Below are positions 41,936-57,029 of a DNA stretch of 64,000 nucleotides, piece by piece. Every line of letters begins with the position of its first letter. Position 1 is the stretch's first letter. The stretch is from Octopus vulgaris. Its lineage: Eukaryota. The notes beneath the pieces were generated by a model. It made no database searches. It was not told where the DNA came from and saw nothing but the letters and a program-made list of their open reading frames with translations. Made by a program: the position numbers and the translations under genes. Where the stretch lies: the NCBI GenBank assembly GCA_951406725.2, contig OX597832.1, positions 16,368,001 to 16,432,000 on the forward strand. The letters are read 5' to 3'.

Positions 41936-42400
41936 GTGCGTGCGGGGGTGGGGTGCGTGCCTGTGTGTGTAGATCCAGTCACACTTTTTGGAAGTGATGA
42001 TAGCAAGAATATGTTGCACATACGTGTCACAATGCCAAGAACAACTAATCTCAGGCTTCTTCTGCAGTGGATTATATCAACTAGACAAGCCGCTATAAAC
42101 AGGCTGGAGTTAGAGGTTGCTGATAGCACAGCACTGTTAAGAAGAGCCGCCGCAGTAAAAGACCTCGTTTTATATCAGAATTTCCCTATCCTAAACGGGA
42201 TGACTTCACCAGGGTAAAGGAATCCCATCTGCCCCTAATATATGTAACTAAATATATCAAGTGTAACATATAAACAACGTAGGATAAAACAGTATATACA
42301 TATACACATTCGACACTTAAATCAAATTCTATGTCGTACAAAGTATGCCGTCTCATACAAAATGTAGACTTCTCACAATCGATCAGGAAATTTGCTAGAC

Positions 42401-42783
42401 AGAAATACCAATTGGCGAGCTGGCAGAAACGTTAGCACGCCGGGTGAAATGCTTAGCGGTAATTCGTCTGCCGCTACGTTCTGAGTACCAGTTACGCACT
42501 GGGTTCGAGCTAATCGACTTTATCCGTTTGTCTGTCCATGTTTGTCTTCTCTGTGTTTAGCCCCTTGTAGGTAGTAAACAAATAGGTATTTCGTCTGCCG
42601 CTACGTTCTGAGTTCAAATTCCGCCGAGGTCGACTTCGCCTTTCCTCCTTTCGGGGTCGAATAAATAAGTACCATTTGCGCACTGGGGTTGACGTGATCA
42701 ACTTAATCCATTCCTCTGTCCTTGTTTGTCCCCTCTATGTTTCATCCCTTGTGGGCAATAAAGAAATAAGAAATACCAATTGG
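42401..42783 (+). mobile_element. Dimeric SINE family B insertion with 15-bp target-site duplication
   Basis: One head and two body/tail units. AGAAATACCAATTGG at 42401-42415 and at 42769-42783. Confidence 0.9.
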
Positions 42784-43379
42784 TATGGATAAGAATTTGA
42801 ACACGTGTCTCAAACGTAGATTTGGTTTAGCCTTGAATATTATCCAGAGGAATTTCCACATCCCCATTATATGCGCGATTCTGTGAATCAGCATGAACAT
42901 ATACACCTGCTATTCAATTTTAGAATGGTCGCATTTGAACAAGTTTTTATCACTACAAATCTGTATCTTTATGCAATAATTTTATTTCTTTCTGGGTTTC
43001 CATAAAAATAGTTTGCTAACGAATAAATTTACATCGGCATACTTAGAACCAGAGGCAATAAATTGGGAACAAACCTGATGGCAAATTGTATTATGTTTGT
43101 TCTGCTTACTTTGATGTAGCTGAAACCGTTTTTAAATGCAGATGTCATGCATATGCTACATCAAGTTCATAGTGAAATACGTATACACTGTGAAAATTAA
43201 ATTATATTGAAGCAGAGTGATATGCTCCATACTTTATAACACTTCAACTGGAAATGTATGTAAAAACGTGAAAACTAAACGCTCCGTTTCATACCACAAA
43301 TCGATTAACATCGAACCAGCCCCGAATATTTTACATACGCAAACACACACATATTCGGAAGTATGGAGGTGCATACATT

Positions 43380-43443
<64 letters not shown>

Positions 43444-43697
43444 TGGTATACACAGCAAGTGTAATATTTTAAACACACAATACCGTTGTGCAAATATGAC
43501 GGCAGGTAATTTGTGCAGCGTTTTATTGTTTTATCACTGCTTGTATTTCACATGAACACAAGTGTATATGTGTATGTGCGCATGAGTAGATTTCTAGTTG
43601 AACGTACAAAGAAACACGCACTCACAGAAGCATATATACATACATACAATTATACAGACGCACACACGCACATGCGGATACACATACATCTATATAC

Positions 43698-43756
<59 letters not shown>

Positions 43757-43800
43757 TGTATAGATATGAATATAAACACTCATACGCACACGCACACATA

Positions 43801-43860
<60 letters not shown>

Positions 43861-44988
43861 TATACATATACAAACACACGTATAAGGGGGAACAGCTCAA
43901 ATGCATACTTAAATGTTCAGCAGTGTAAACAGTGTATTTGAATAAGTTTAGAAAGAAATATAGCTGTGTATATACATGCAAAATCCTAAGAGTGATATAA
44001 CGTTTCAGATTTAACATATTTTTCAGCGTTGTTTTTTCTACAGATGACAATTGGAATTGATTTTATTTGTTTATATGTCGAGAGGCGAGGTTTCCAGATG
44101 ATTCTTGTACCATTATAATTATTCTATTTCCATATTTCCATTCACGGATATTATTTTCAACCGGAGAGTGTTACACAACAAACGCATTAGATATTTCAAT
44201 TTTCGCTGCAATGCATTTAACAAAAACTCTGCTAAACAGCGATTATTCCACATCATGCAATAAGATGTAGAAAAAACAATATATGATTCTTTTTTCGTAG
44301 TGATTTCTTGAATATATTCGTCAATTTACTGCAAGCAAATGTGAAAACACTGCAGACAGAATGACAGAATGCCCAACGGATATTATATGCTATATATATA
44401 TATATACACATAGATACATATACACATGTATATGTATATATACATAAATATATATATATACATATGCATATATATATATTTATGTATATATACATATATA
44501 TATAGCATATATATACACATATAGTATATACAACTTATATGCATATACATATGTATAATGAAACATATGCATATATATATATATATATATATAGTCTGCA
44601 GGGCTGGCAAAGGATCTTCCTATTAAGCTAATTATTTCCATATGCAACGTGGATTTTCATATGCAATTGGGAAATATTTACCTATAGAAGGCGGGTTGAA
44701 ATGAAGTGCCGTAACACTTCACATTTCTAGAGTACGTTGCATCATCAACTAACCACTCCCTTTATTTAGCAGAAAAATCTAAACAAATATAAAACAAAAT
44801 TTGTGAAGGGCCCGCACGCATATGAACCTAGATGCCTACAGCGACATGGATATATATCGTATGAATTGTATCAAGGAATCAAGTAATGTTGTGTAAAAGC
44901 TATGGGCAGACAATAGTTAAGCTCCAGGTTAAACAATCATGAAAAAATGAATGAGGATTTCAACGTAGGTCCTGTATTACCATATATA

Positions 44989-45312
44989 TACTCTTTTACT
45001 CTATTTTACTCTTTTACTTGTTTCAGTCATTTTGACTGCGGCCATGCAAGAGCACCGCCTTTAATCGAGCAACTCGACCCCGGGACTCATTCTTTGTAAG
45101 CCCAGTACTTATTCTATCAGTCTCTTTGCCGAACCGCTAAGTGATGGGGACATAAACACATCTGCATCGGTTGTCAAGCGATGTTGGGGGGGGGGACAAA
45201 CACAGACATACAAACAGATACACACACATATATATATACATATACATATTTACGACGGGTTTCTTTCAGTTTCCATCTAACAAATCCACTGACAAGGCTT
45301 TGGTCGGCCCGA
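44989..45312 (-). mobile_element. 5'-truncated SINE family A
   Basis: (CTCTTTTA)n tail, TTTCAGTCATTTTGACTGCGGCC, AAGGCTTTGGTCGGCCCGAG. Confidence 0.9.
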
Positions 45313-46791
45313 GAATGAAAAGAAATGTCATATACGTAAGGATATTGCATATACAGTTATATTATTCATGCGGAATGAGATATACATAAGGTAAGGGAAG
45401 GTATATACATGTACACCATTCTGCTTAAATACAGGAACTACAAATACGACATCCTTACGTATCTCACGTCTATTTTCATTCCTCCACAAGGTGGCGAGCT
45501 GACAGAATCGTTCTGCGTAATCTTCTTTGCAATCTTCATTAACCCTTTTTTATGCTTATATGTTAAACTTCACTTTCAAACAATATGCTAAGTCGGATCT
45601 TACACATGCTAGACCAAGATTTTGTTGGTATCACCGTTCTACAAACAACATCGGAATAATGTTGCTTCCAACAAAATTGTATCCGTTATATTTTATCCAT
45701 TTCGTCTCCCCTTATGTTTTCCATCTTACAACCTCTCCCATTCAGAGAATTTCTGTTTCTTTTAGAGTTGTCTTTCTTTTATTCTTTTGTTTTCCTTTCG
45801 TCTTAATTCATTTCCTCATTTTGTTTGAAACACTTTCGCATATTTCTTAATCGTTTACTTTCACTTTATTACACCTTTTGCAGAAAAGGTACTTGCGGGC
45901 AAAAAAAAAAAAACAAAAAACAAATCCTACTCTGATGTCCCTCGCATGTATCAGACCCAAAGTTTTAATATACTTGATATTTTCATATACATATATATAT
46001 ATTAAAGTACGAATAGTGAATTATTGAACAGTTCTGTATAGAGAACTGTAGCGTAGGTTTTAATACGAGTGAATATACGCAAAATATTTCACTTTGTTAC
46101 TGTTCCAAGAATTATTGTTTCAAGGGTAAAATTGTGTTGTTATATATATATATGATACTAATATTTTTTTTTTTTAAATGCAAAAGTAACGAGCACGCTG
46201 TGTGTGTATGTGTAAGTGTGCGTGAGTGCGTGCGTGAGTTTTGAAACACGTGTGATTGTCTGTCTGACAACATGTCTCAGCATTCTGTAGACGAAATATA
46301 GAAATCTCAGCAGAGTGTTTGAGTGTGACTTGTATTTCATATTCACTTAGAACAATGCGATAATTAAGCAAACATCTTTAATTGTCAATTGACACCAAAT
46401 ATTACAATAGGAAATGGTGCTGCGAGGAAAATTTAAAACTGTGTGCAAATAAGAAATATAAATACAATTCCATGATGCAATGTCTGTCATAGTACAATAA
46501 TTTAATAGATATTACCTCTCCATATTTCAATGGCTGCCGCACATTTACAAAACGTGGCTTCTCAATCTCATAATTCTAAATCTACAACAGTAATTGTAAT
46601 TAATGTGTCATTACAAATGCAACTTCATAGTTGCTTGTTGTTACAAGCTATGGCTTACGGCACTTATACTTATCTATGTCGCCATGAAATCGACATCTCA
46701 ATACGATCATTAGCTGCTGCTCTTATTCATTATGTATATATTTACATTTGTACATACACCCCCCCTTATATACATATACACACAGTATACG

Positions 46792-46878
<87 letters not shown>

Positions 46879-46982
46879 GAAGGCATTTGAATGTAACTGT
46901 GAATATGATCGGGCGTACAGTTCGCCTCTGTCCAACCTCGTGTGGATTTTGCCGTTCAGTTCGACAAATTATATTTTGATGT

Positions 46983-47059
46983 ACTTTACTGACGATTCGA
47001 AGATACTTATGTAAACTAAAATTATATAATTTATTGACGATGAAACAATCGTATAGAGT
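46983..47059 (+). ncRNA. Type I hammerhead ribozyme motif in a (TA)n-flanked Penelope-like terminus (46877-47220)
   Basis: ACTTTA-CTGACGA-TTCG...CGAT-GAAA-CAATCG-TA-TAGAGT. 6-bp stem I (one GU), near-palindromic stem III ACAATCGT. Confidence 0.75.
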
Positions 47060-47218
47060 TAATCTATTTTTTCGTTATATTTCATTTGTCCTGCTCGCTT
47101 ACGTTCTTGGTGTGTTAAATTAATTCTTGAGAACGATTCCTTGTGGTGGATTTCCCTTTGCGGATCTATATCTACCGTTAGAGTGTCCACATAGTGGATT
47201 CTCTCTTATTGTTTTGTA

Positions 47219-47276
<58 letters not shown>

Positions 47277-48035
47277 CCTATGCATATGCGAGGTGTTTTG
47301 CGTGTCTGCGAATATACCTGTTTAGAGTTTGATTGCGCTAACCACATGTATTATAAATAATTAAATATTATATTATCCTAGAAATGGTTTTAGGACAGCG
47401 GCGAGAATTTGCGTTTGAAATAGTATTTAAATGTAATCTGCCTCGCATGAATGTTTAGTTCATTTCGTTGCGAGATTCTTTATAAGTTAAGTTTTAAAAT
47501 GTCCAGAATAACTTTGAATTAATTTATTTCTACGATTTTCATTAAATTTGGGTGAAAAATTGTGTTTATCTTTATTAGTGAACATTTATCATTTATTGAG
47601 ATTTCCCGTACGCTACGTACTTTTAAGATTAAATATTGATAATAGGAAAGCTATTTTCACTCACTGATCTGTTATATATCTTGTTCAACGTATTCTTTAT
47701 TATTGCGGGACGTTATTGTTCTTAAGTTTCTTCTTTCGCAAATATTTTTATATCACATGAGGAAAAAAAAAACGTTTGTTAGAATGAAGTGTAGGGTGGC
47801 TTTAAAATAATTCTAGTGGTATTACACTTTCAGAATGCCAGTTGACGCTTTTATTAAATATGAATATTTTGATGCTGCTGAATAAAGGTTTGTGTACAGC
47901 GTATTATGTGGATTTCACACTTCAAGCTTTGAGTATTTTTTGGGGGGGTTTCCTTAAATCTATCTTTTTTTCTTGGTTATTCATGCTGTTTAGTACTGAT
48001 ATTTAGGAAGGATGTTATAAACTATATGTTTTTTG

Positions 48036-48556
<521 letters not shown>

Positions 48557-48590
48557 AATGAGTATAAATCGTCTGTGTATGCAGTTAAAT

Positions 48591-48838
48591 TAAAGGTAAA
48601 GTTATCTACTCGAGTTATGCTGTCGCATAAGGGGTGATTCCCCGGCGTATAAATTCCTCACCCAGACGAGACGCCGGTCTGTTACGGGATTACTAAATAT
48701 TACCAGATGAATGGAATGGAGCAACGTGAAACGAAGTGTTTTGCTTAAGAGTAAAGCGCGTCACCCGGTCCAGGAATCGAAACCGCCTTCTTAAGATCAT
48801 GGCTCCAACACACCTAACCATTAAGCAACATACTTCTA
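48591..48838 (-). mobile_element. Degenerate tRNA-derived CORE-type SINE related to family C
   Basis: CCCGGTCCAGGAATCGAAACC (B-box on the minus strand) and GGAGCAACGTGAAACGAAGTGTTTTGCT. Confidence 0.75.
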
Positions 48839-49138
48839 TTCTGTATATAAAGAGAAACACCTAAATGTAGTCTAACTCACATATTTTTGTTTATTAAATT
48901 TTGTTCGAATACGGAATTTGCTGTACAAATAATACATTTTTTCTACCCAGTATCAAAAATGTAATATCTAGGAGCTAATAGGATGTGTAATCTGGAGAAA
49001 AGAAAACACCTTTAGTTGGATTAAATATTCGTGACTGAGATAAGATAATTTAAAAATGGATGAATGTGTATTCAATTTTATTTCCTTTCATTTTATTTGT
49101 AGTTTTATTGGCACATCATACAAGTAAAAACTGTAAAA

Positions 49139-49359
49139 TACGAGAAGGTGCTGAAAAATTCTTGGCATTGAGTAAAAGAAAATACAGGAAGTTAAGTTTA
49201 TTATGATTTTATTTCACATATACCTCTCTCAGATTCGCACACTTATTGCAGCGGTCCTTTAGTTTTTCTAAGCTCTCTCAAAGGATTCAGAAGTTTGAGC
49301 CTCCAACTAGTCCCTATGCGATACCGTTAAAACAAGGGACTTTTGAGCAAACCCTCATA
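49139..49359. mobile_element. Mariner-derived MITE
   Basis: TA-flanked imperfect TIRs TACGAGAAGGTGCTGAAAAATTC / GACTTTTGAGCAAACCCTCATA, about 220 bp. Confidence 0.7.
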
Positions 49360-49634
49360 TAAGATTTCTTGTTTTATTATGGTAATAAGTTAATTAAAAA
49401 CTTACAGAATTAAGATGCAGGCGTGATTGTGTTGTAAGAAACAATCGTCCCATAACGCGGAATCTTACGTAAATGTCTTGTAATATAGTCGGGGACATTA
49501 TGAATAGATTGTTTAGACGAACACGGAAAGAAACACACACACATTCATATATATATATATATCTGTGTGTGTGTGTGTGTATTGTAGTTCGCTTGAAGCG
49601 GTGTGTATTGCTTGTAAATAATAAAAAGATTTTT

Positions 49635-50562
49635 GAATGGTACAACAATGCACTATAATACAAACAATGGACGATATACCTGTTGTAAGTTAGTCATCCA
49701 TACGCGGCGGTCAAGCTATTGATTAACTGCATAATAGCCTCCGACATCCAATGCTTCGGACTTACCGCAGGGTTAGACATACAACTAGTCCACTGCGGCC
49801 CCTCTCTGGGAGGGCAGCTCGCAAAGAAACGAACAAGGGACAACAATCAATGTACAATAACTAACTATTCCACCCGTAGCATAGATTTATGCCAACGGAT
49901 AAATTTTGCATATAGAATACAATGTAACAAATGCAACAAGTTCTATATGGGTAGCACAACAAGACCGTTACACGTCCGCACCATAGAACATCATAACGCG
50001 AGAGTATCCTCCTTCAGAAAACATCTAGACAGATGCCGGAACACCTACAAAACCATAACAGTCACAATTGAGGCCAATGCAAGAAATGTGGGTAATTTAA
50101 GAAATAAGGAAGTCGTACTAATACACAGACTAGGGCCCCAAATTAACAACATGCTAGAGGTTGGTAAGCATTATATTATTTAGCAACATCTGGATGCGTG
50201 TTGGTTCATTTTTGATAATATGCTCATCTGTAGTTTATAACAAAAAAAGAGAGAAAAAAAGGAGGTAAAAAGAGAATGCAGATATTATGCATAAATTAGT
50301 AGCAGCGCTACGGATGTACCAACACACACGAAATTGAATCATGGCCGACTCATGATGATTTCCGGAAGGAACTTCGTGAGACCACTGCTGAGACGCTTCC
50401 AAAGAAAAAAAGAAAAGCCGTTTGAAAAACGATTATAGCAGCGACTCCATCTAAGAATATCTCAAGAAAGAATTTTATTCCGAAATAAAAGATTATGGAT
50501 GACTAAATTATAACATTATATAGCACACATTCTTTGTATTATAGTGCATTGTTGTACCATTC
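49635..50562 (+). mobile_element. 5'-truncated Penelope-like retroelement with inverted terminal duplication
   Basis: Contains a GIY-YIG ORF and a decayed hammerhead at ~50384-50443. Inverted repeat 49635-49669 / 50528-50562. Confidence 0.85.
49719..50183 (+). pseudogene. Penelope GIY-YIG endonuclease domain fragment
   Basis: AYRIQCNKCNKFYMGSTTRPLHVRTIEHH...SSFRKHL...LRNKEVVLIHRLGPQIN, the PLE GIY-YIG signature with its zinc-binding C/H residues. Confidence 0.88.
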
Positions 50563-50569
50563 CAAGTGT

Positions 50570-50705
50570 CGGTTTGTGTCTGCCTCCACCTCTTGACAAC
50601 CGGTGCTGGTGAGTTGATGTCCCCGTAATTTAGCGGTTAAGATAGCGATACAATGAGTACTGGGCTTAAAAGGAATAAGTCCTGCGGTCGAATTGTTCTA
50701 CTAAA
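50570..50705 (+). mobile_element. Partial 3' half of SINE family A
   Basis: CTTGACAACCGGTGCTGGTG...CCCGTAATTTAGCGGTT...GAATAAGTCC. Confidence 0.7.
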
Positions 50706-52456
50706 TCCCATTATGGACACAGTCGATAAAAATGAGTTGAGGATAAATGATAAATGGTGAACGGTGCAACATTTAATGTTAGGGCTTTACTACGTTTTGT
50801 GATTGGAATATAAAGAAAGTTGCATTTTTACTATACAAATTAATCATTGCCTATTTCTGTACAGCTACAATTTAAAAATTTCCGGTTATTTTTTAACATA
50901 TAATCAATTTGGGGTCTAAGTAAATAGTCCCTAATATTTTTTTGATCTTCCGTTTTATCTATGATTTGTGAATTTGAATAACAAGAAAATGTGCTTAGCT
51001 ATTCGTAGAGTGTCCTTCCACATTTCAATCAAACTACAACCACATTCAAAGCTATGCATATATTCTAACGTGTGTCTCTATATGTGCATTGTGTATCATT
51101 AAATACATACATAAATGCGTTGTTGTGTGTATGCTTGTGTGTATGTAATTGTCTCTATTTGTATGTATGCATGCGTGTGTATGTGTGCCTCTGTGTGTGT
51201 GTGTGCACGAGTGTGTTTGTGCGTGAAGGTGTATGCGTGTATGTGTGTGTGTAGGTATGTGTGCATGTATTTATGTGCTCGTGTGTGAGTACGTAGTTTC
51301 GGAAGTGCATTAGTTGATGGAAAAAACAGAAATTTCGAACGATCACAAACGGGGCACTTTCATGTTGATATTTTTTTTCTGTTACAAGAATTTTCGTAAA
51401 CAGAATTGAAGATTGCTTTATTTCAAAAGAGAAATTTGCATAAAGTTCAAACCAACATTCTTTTGAAGTTTAACACTGCATTATAATAAACAACACAGTT
51501 CGGTAAATTAACAATTTTTTTGTTGTTCCTGTTTGTTTGTGTAATATAATATTAAAGCTTTACCCGATTAGCTACATCAGTAAAGTAATGTTTGGAACAA
51601 ACCCACAATTTAGGGCACCGTTTGTAGCTGATTTAACTAATGCCAATTTCTAAATGCATCATTATCGTTTCATATCGACCGACATAATGAAAGGTTCATC
51701 GAACTCGTTGACATGTTAGATATCACAACGCATATTTCCGTAAAAGAATAAACTAGTTATTTTTCATAAACTTATATAATATATTTTTCATAAACTTATA
51801 TAATAAAGATACTGGGAATAACTGATTTTATACTCCTCGTGTATTATATAATTATTGAAAATAAATGGAAAGAATTTTATCTATGATTACGCTTTGTACA
51901 CATAATAGAAAAAGTAGAACTGAAAGTGTGACATATTTTGCTGAGGTTATTCCATAATGTGTTACACTGCGTTATCCTAAATGTTAAAAATTGAATCATT
52001 GTAAAAATAATTTTAACTACGCATACATAACATGGTGTTTGATACTGGGTGGGGGGCATTAGTCGGTTACTGTGCTAAATAGCTAAGTATGAATCACAAT
52101 AGACACATCTCCGCGGTATTTGACATCAGAATGAAAAGAGAGATCGAACACTTTGTCGGGTGCCCTATTGATGCAACCCGTTCTTTGCTTTATGCTATAT
52201 ATAAATAACAATGCTCCATTTATGTTGCAAAATGCAAAACATACTTTGAAAATGGCTGTAATCGCCCGAAACGAGAATTCCTTAGACTGACTGCTCATTT
52301 TCGGCTATATCCGTTGTCATCTTCGTTCGGCTGATTCCGGGCTAACTCGCCTATGAGAGTATGTATATTCACTATGAAAATCTATGAACGAATTAGAAGA
52401 TCACTATTGTGCGTATAATATTAATAAAAAAAATGTTTGCAACGTTATACCATGAA

Positions 52457-52508
<52 letters not shown>

Positions 52509-52519
52509 TGTATGTATGC

Positions 52520-52571
<52 letters not shown>

Positions 52572-52677
52572 CTGTGTGTGTGTGTGTATATATATGTATA
52601 TATATGCATGTATGTATGTATATATATATATACATAAAATATATATATATATATGTATATATAAATATGTATATATG

Positions 52678-52746
<69 letters not shown>

Positions 52747-53875
52747 GGATATTTAACCATTTCCTGATGGTGACATATAAGTGGTTGAAGCCCATATTTT
52801 AATGCAATTACGCAAGATAAAATATCTGGTTTTGAGTGTATTCAATCTTTGTATATTCTTCTGAATTGTTAATTTCCTAAGTCAGGAAATTAAACCATAA
52901 TTTTTAAAAACATTGAAACTAAGTAAAAATAATTTATAGTGTTTGCTAATAATTTTTCTTCAATATTTTTGTTAATAATTTAGTGATATATTCCTAATTC
53001 ATGCGTGTTTGATATAAATATTTTTGATAATTATAATGTCGTACTATCTACAAGTTATTCACATCCCCGAAGTATTAATTATATATTTATAAATGAAGTA
53101 ATAACGTAAATCAAAGCGGTAAATACGTAAAGATACTGACTTATCTTAAGTCAACAGCTTGGTGATTTTTAATATGAAGATGAAAACACGAAGCTTAACA
53201 AAGGACAAACAATGTCTTCAACTTCTGTTCCAAGGCCGGCATATTTTGGGCAATGGTGGGATTCAGTGGCATAGAGCTAAGATGTTGCCTGCTTTATTGA
53301 CATGTAATGATAAAAGTAGAATTTGACGTCGGTGGAATGTAAAGGAAGCCTATATGATACCAGAGAAAATGGAAAAAGAAACTTTCAAAAACTCTATCGT
53401 ATCAGATCTACCGTTTTGATATAATTATCGTATCAGATCTACAGTTTTGATATAATTAAGAATGAAAAAAAAATACGAGGATACCTTTTTGCTGGCGGTT
53501 TCATTTAGATTCTCGGTCTCAGTGAAGGAAATTGATAACGAGTCTGATACACCACGGTTCTATAGAAGAGTATTGTAAACGCTTTCAATTCACATTTATA
53601 TTTAATCAAGGCATTCAAATTCAAAATTAACGAATGACATTCTTAAAAATTTACGATATGACCCAAATAAAAGCTGACAGAAAATAAACAAATATGTACA
53701 CTCATGGTACTCATTGACTATCAGAATTTAGGGAAAAATATACTATTGAAGGAATTTCATTACATTGTATGCAAAAGAGGAAGTCTATTGACAGATATAT
53801 ACAAAACAAAAAAACAGAAACGCTGAAAATACTGAATTGGTATCAATTCCAAAGTATTCCGAAGATATTCTCGTA

Positions 53876-54045
53876 TTCATTTATTTGTTTCAGTGATTTG
53901 ACTGCGGCCATGCTGGAGCACCGCCTTGTAGAAACCTGTTACTAGTTTTATCGGTTTCTTTTGGCGAACCGCTACGTTACAGGAACGCACCAACAAACAA
54001 TGGTGAGGGAGGGACAAAGACAGACAGAGACACATACACACACAA

Positions 54046-54082
<37 letters not shown>

Positions 54083-54271
54083 ACATATACAGATATAAAT
54101 ATAGATATGAGACGGGCTTCTTTCAGTTTCCATCAACGAAACGCACTCGCAAAATTTTGGTCTGTCGAAGATATAGTAAATGACATCTGCCTAAGATGCT
54201 ACGTACTGAGACTGAACCGGAAAATATGTGGTTGGGAAGCAATCGACTTAGCACACAGCCACGCTTGCGCC
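53876..54271 (-). mobile_element. SINE family A
   Basis: GTTTCAGTGATTTGACTGCGGCCATGCTGGAGCACCGCC...CACACAGCCACGCTTGCGCC. Confidence 0.85.
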
Positions 54272-56149
54272 TTTGTGCCCATTCATGAAATATCTAAAGA
54301 GATGTGTCAACTTATACAGCTTATGTAAGTTAGTACTTCTATTTATTAGGATACTATAATATCGTATAAATTGTCCATAGATATGCATATTCACCGCCAC
54401 GACATGGAATGGAATATTGTAAGTCTGTTGCCGAAGGGAAGAGTATCATATTTCCATTCATCGAGAAAAGCTTGTATTCAAACTTTTACTACTCAATCTC
54501 AAAAGACGTTTAAGGTTGCGCAAATGTTGGTTAAATTTACAGAATCAAAAGCAATATATACGATAAAATTCATTATTTTATATGACTCTGAGCGAAGCCT
54601 GGCAGCCTACTGAAGGAGTGTGTGACTCATTGTATCGCGAATAAGTTTCGGCATGTTAGGCCTAGACAAGCGTTCAATACGTTAGTTGATATGTAAGAGG
54701 AACATGAATGGACGAATTGTTACATTTTCAATGATATCACAAAACTAAAATTCGCTGAAGTTTGTTATGTCAAAGTGAAACAGCATATTAAAAGATCAAT
54801 GCGCTTTGATGTATACCTTAATTCTCGTGTGGGAATTTAGTGAAAAACGTTTTCAAATATTTTGCATTTCAAATTTAAAATATTTGCCTTATAGTAGAAC
54901 CGAAAACCATTAAATTTACACTGTTTAGCCTTTATGTGTAAGTGAATGTCATATTATTTTCGAAATGAAATTTAGTCACAAATACGTTGGATATGTTCTA
55001 ACCGCAAATAATTTACCGCATCCCATTAAAACCGCAAATAGTTATTGCAGTAAATTTTAACTGTAAGTCAAAACCCCAAATGGAATTGGCAATATGTTCT
55101 ATTACAGACTTAATGCAATAACCAAATAGATATTTGTGGAGAAACTTTGCATAATTTTTCGCTGTATTCAGTAACATCACATACATAAATAAATTTAATG
55201 TACAAGTTGATTTACGGTTATAAGCATCAACCATAATTCCAAAATATAAGATTTCCAATAACCAGAATCATGTTTGTGAAAACTACTAATTTAAAATGAT
55301 TTTGACATAAAGATGAAGCTTCCGAACCACACACTATCAAACAGAATACTAAGTAAATTAGAAGAAAAATATATTTTATGCTTTTTGTGGTGCGGTTATA
55401 GAAAATCTATTTTCATATAATTATTGCATCCTGGAATTATTCTCCAGGTATTTTATATTCCATAAATAACAACACAAATTCGTCTGATAAATTTTACGCT
55501 ATTGAATATCTACCTATACTCACGCATCATATGCATGTGGTTGTTAATATTTCGCCAGAGGTTAACGCTAATAACCACAATTTCTGGATAAAAAACAGTC
55601 CTCTAATTCAATCTCATAATTCACTCATTCTGCGATATTGTATCCCCATATCCACTATGCCAGTTGCTAGTTCACTCCCAAAAATGAAATTAATTGAGTT
55701 GCTATTTCTAGGAAATCCAGTAATATAGTAGAGACCCTACACGTTCGTTGTGTGAGAGTATATAACATGAACTATGTCCGTGCGCCATATCCGATTAATA
55801 AAATAAGTCTAAAATAGTATAAAACGATGAAGAATAAACACATTGCTAGGCCGATAATATATAAATTTTAATACGTGTTGCTATTCAAATTAAGGGTAGT
55901 TCACATTCATAACATAAAATATAGTTATAAAACAAAAGAATACGTACATATTCCAAAATAAACCTCAATTTGATAATGATTTATAATATGAACAAATAAC
56001 TACCTTATTTTTATAATATTAAACATGTCTACCTTGTTTTTAATAGGGATGAATGCACGTTCATACCTTTGTTGTTACACGTTTAGTATTTGTTTAATTA
56101 TTTTCGGAACGGAAAATGTGAAACTCATCCATGCAAATATGAGTTAGTT

Positions 56150-56998
56150 AAAAAAAAAACGGCCAGTAGGACAAGGGAAATATTATGGCAGGTTTCGTTC
56201 CTTCTTGTCTTTGAGGAGGCACCTTAGCTCTGGCAAAGCTACCATCGTATTTGATGTTGAAGGAGTGATCCAGGTCCAATTTCGCGGCGGGCTCGTCGGT
56301 TACAATGTCTTTCTAAGCTTCTAATATCCCTCAATTTAATCCCTTTTTATCATTGAACTGTTTCTTATCTAATTGTTGTTTTCAGGGCAAAACACAATTG
56401 GATGTTGACAATTGCCTCCGTCAATGACATCATAACAAATGCTTTCATCCAGTTTGTGTAAGCTTCGCAAGCCGGGAGTAAAGCTTTCAGCTTCTAGTAA
56501 CCGGGACCTTGCCTTCTAAACACACCTGGGTCGTATTTACAGATCCCAAATTCTGATCTGTGTAGCAGAACAGTTTGAAAAGTGGACAATATATGACCTG
56601 GTGCGATTCGTCGATTTCCATATTGGCACATCCGGGAAATCCAATCGTTACCTGTCACATAGGCTGGAAATGTCTGAGCAGTTTCGTGAGGATTTTACCA
56701 CCCCCTCTTCTATCCGCTTGCTCCACACACTGAAATATGACTATAACGGCGTTCCAGTTGTCCAATAATACTAAACGTCGGGACGTTCTTAGGCAAAACT
56801 CAAGATTTCTGAAAAAGTTCAATAGTCCTCCTTCTGTCACAGCATGAATAGCCATCAGTCTGACGGCGCCTATGTCAATACTGCTCAAATCCAAGACCGC
56901 GAACTCACCTTCTGGGTGACAGAAAATTGTTCTCATATTGAGATTCAGGCCTGTCCGGATCAATACCGCTGTTCCACATCCCACTCACAGGAGACAAG

Positions 56999-57029
<31 letters not shown>

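Noticed and set aside
45860-45895. Possible 5-nt microexon (TTTTGCAG-AAAAG-GTACTT)
   Set aside because: Weak donor, opposite strand to the only supported exon, and likely chance in AT-rich DNA.
53395-53458. 31-bp tandem duplication (similar small ones at ~10662, ~35012, ~51759)
   Set aside because: Ordinary slippage duplications with no further structure.
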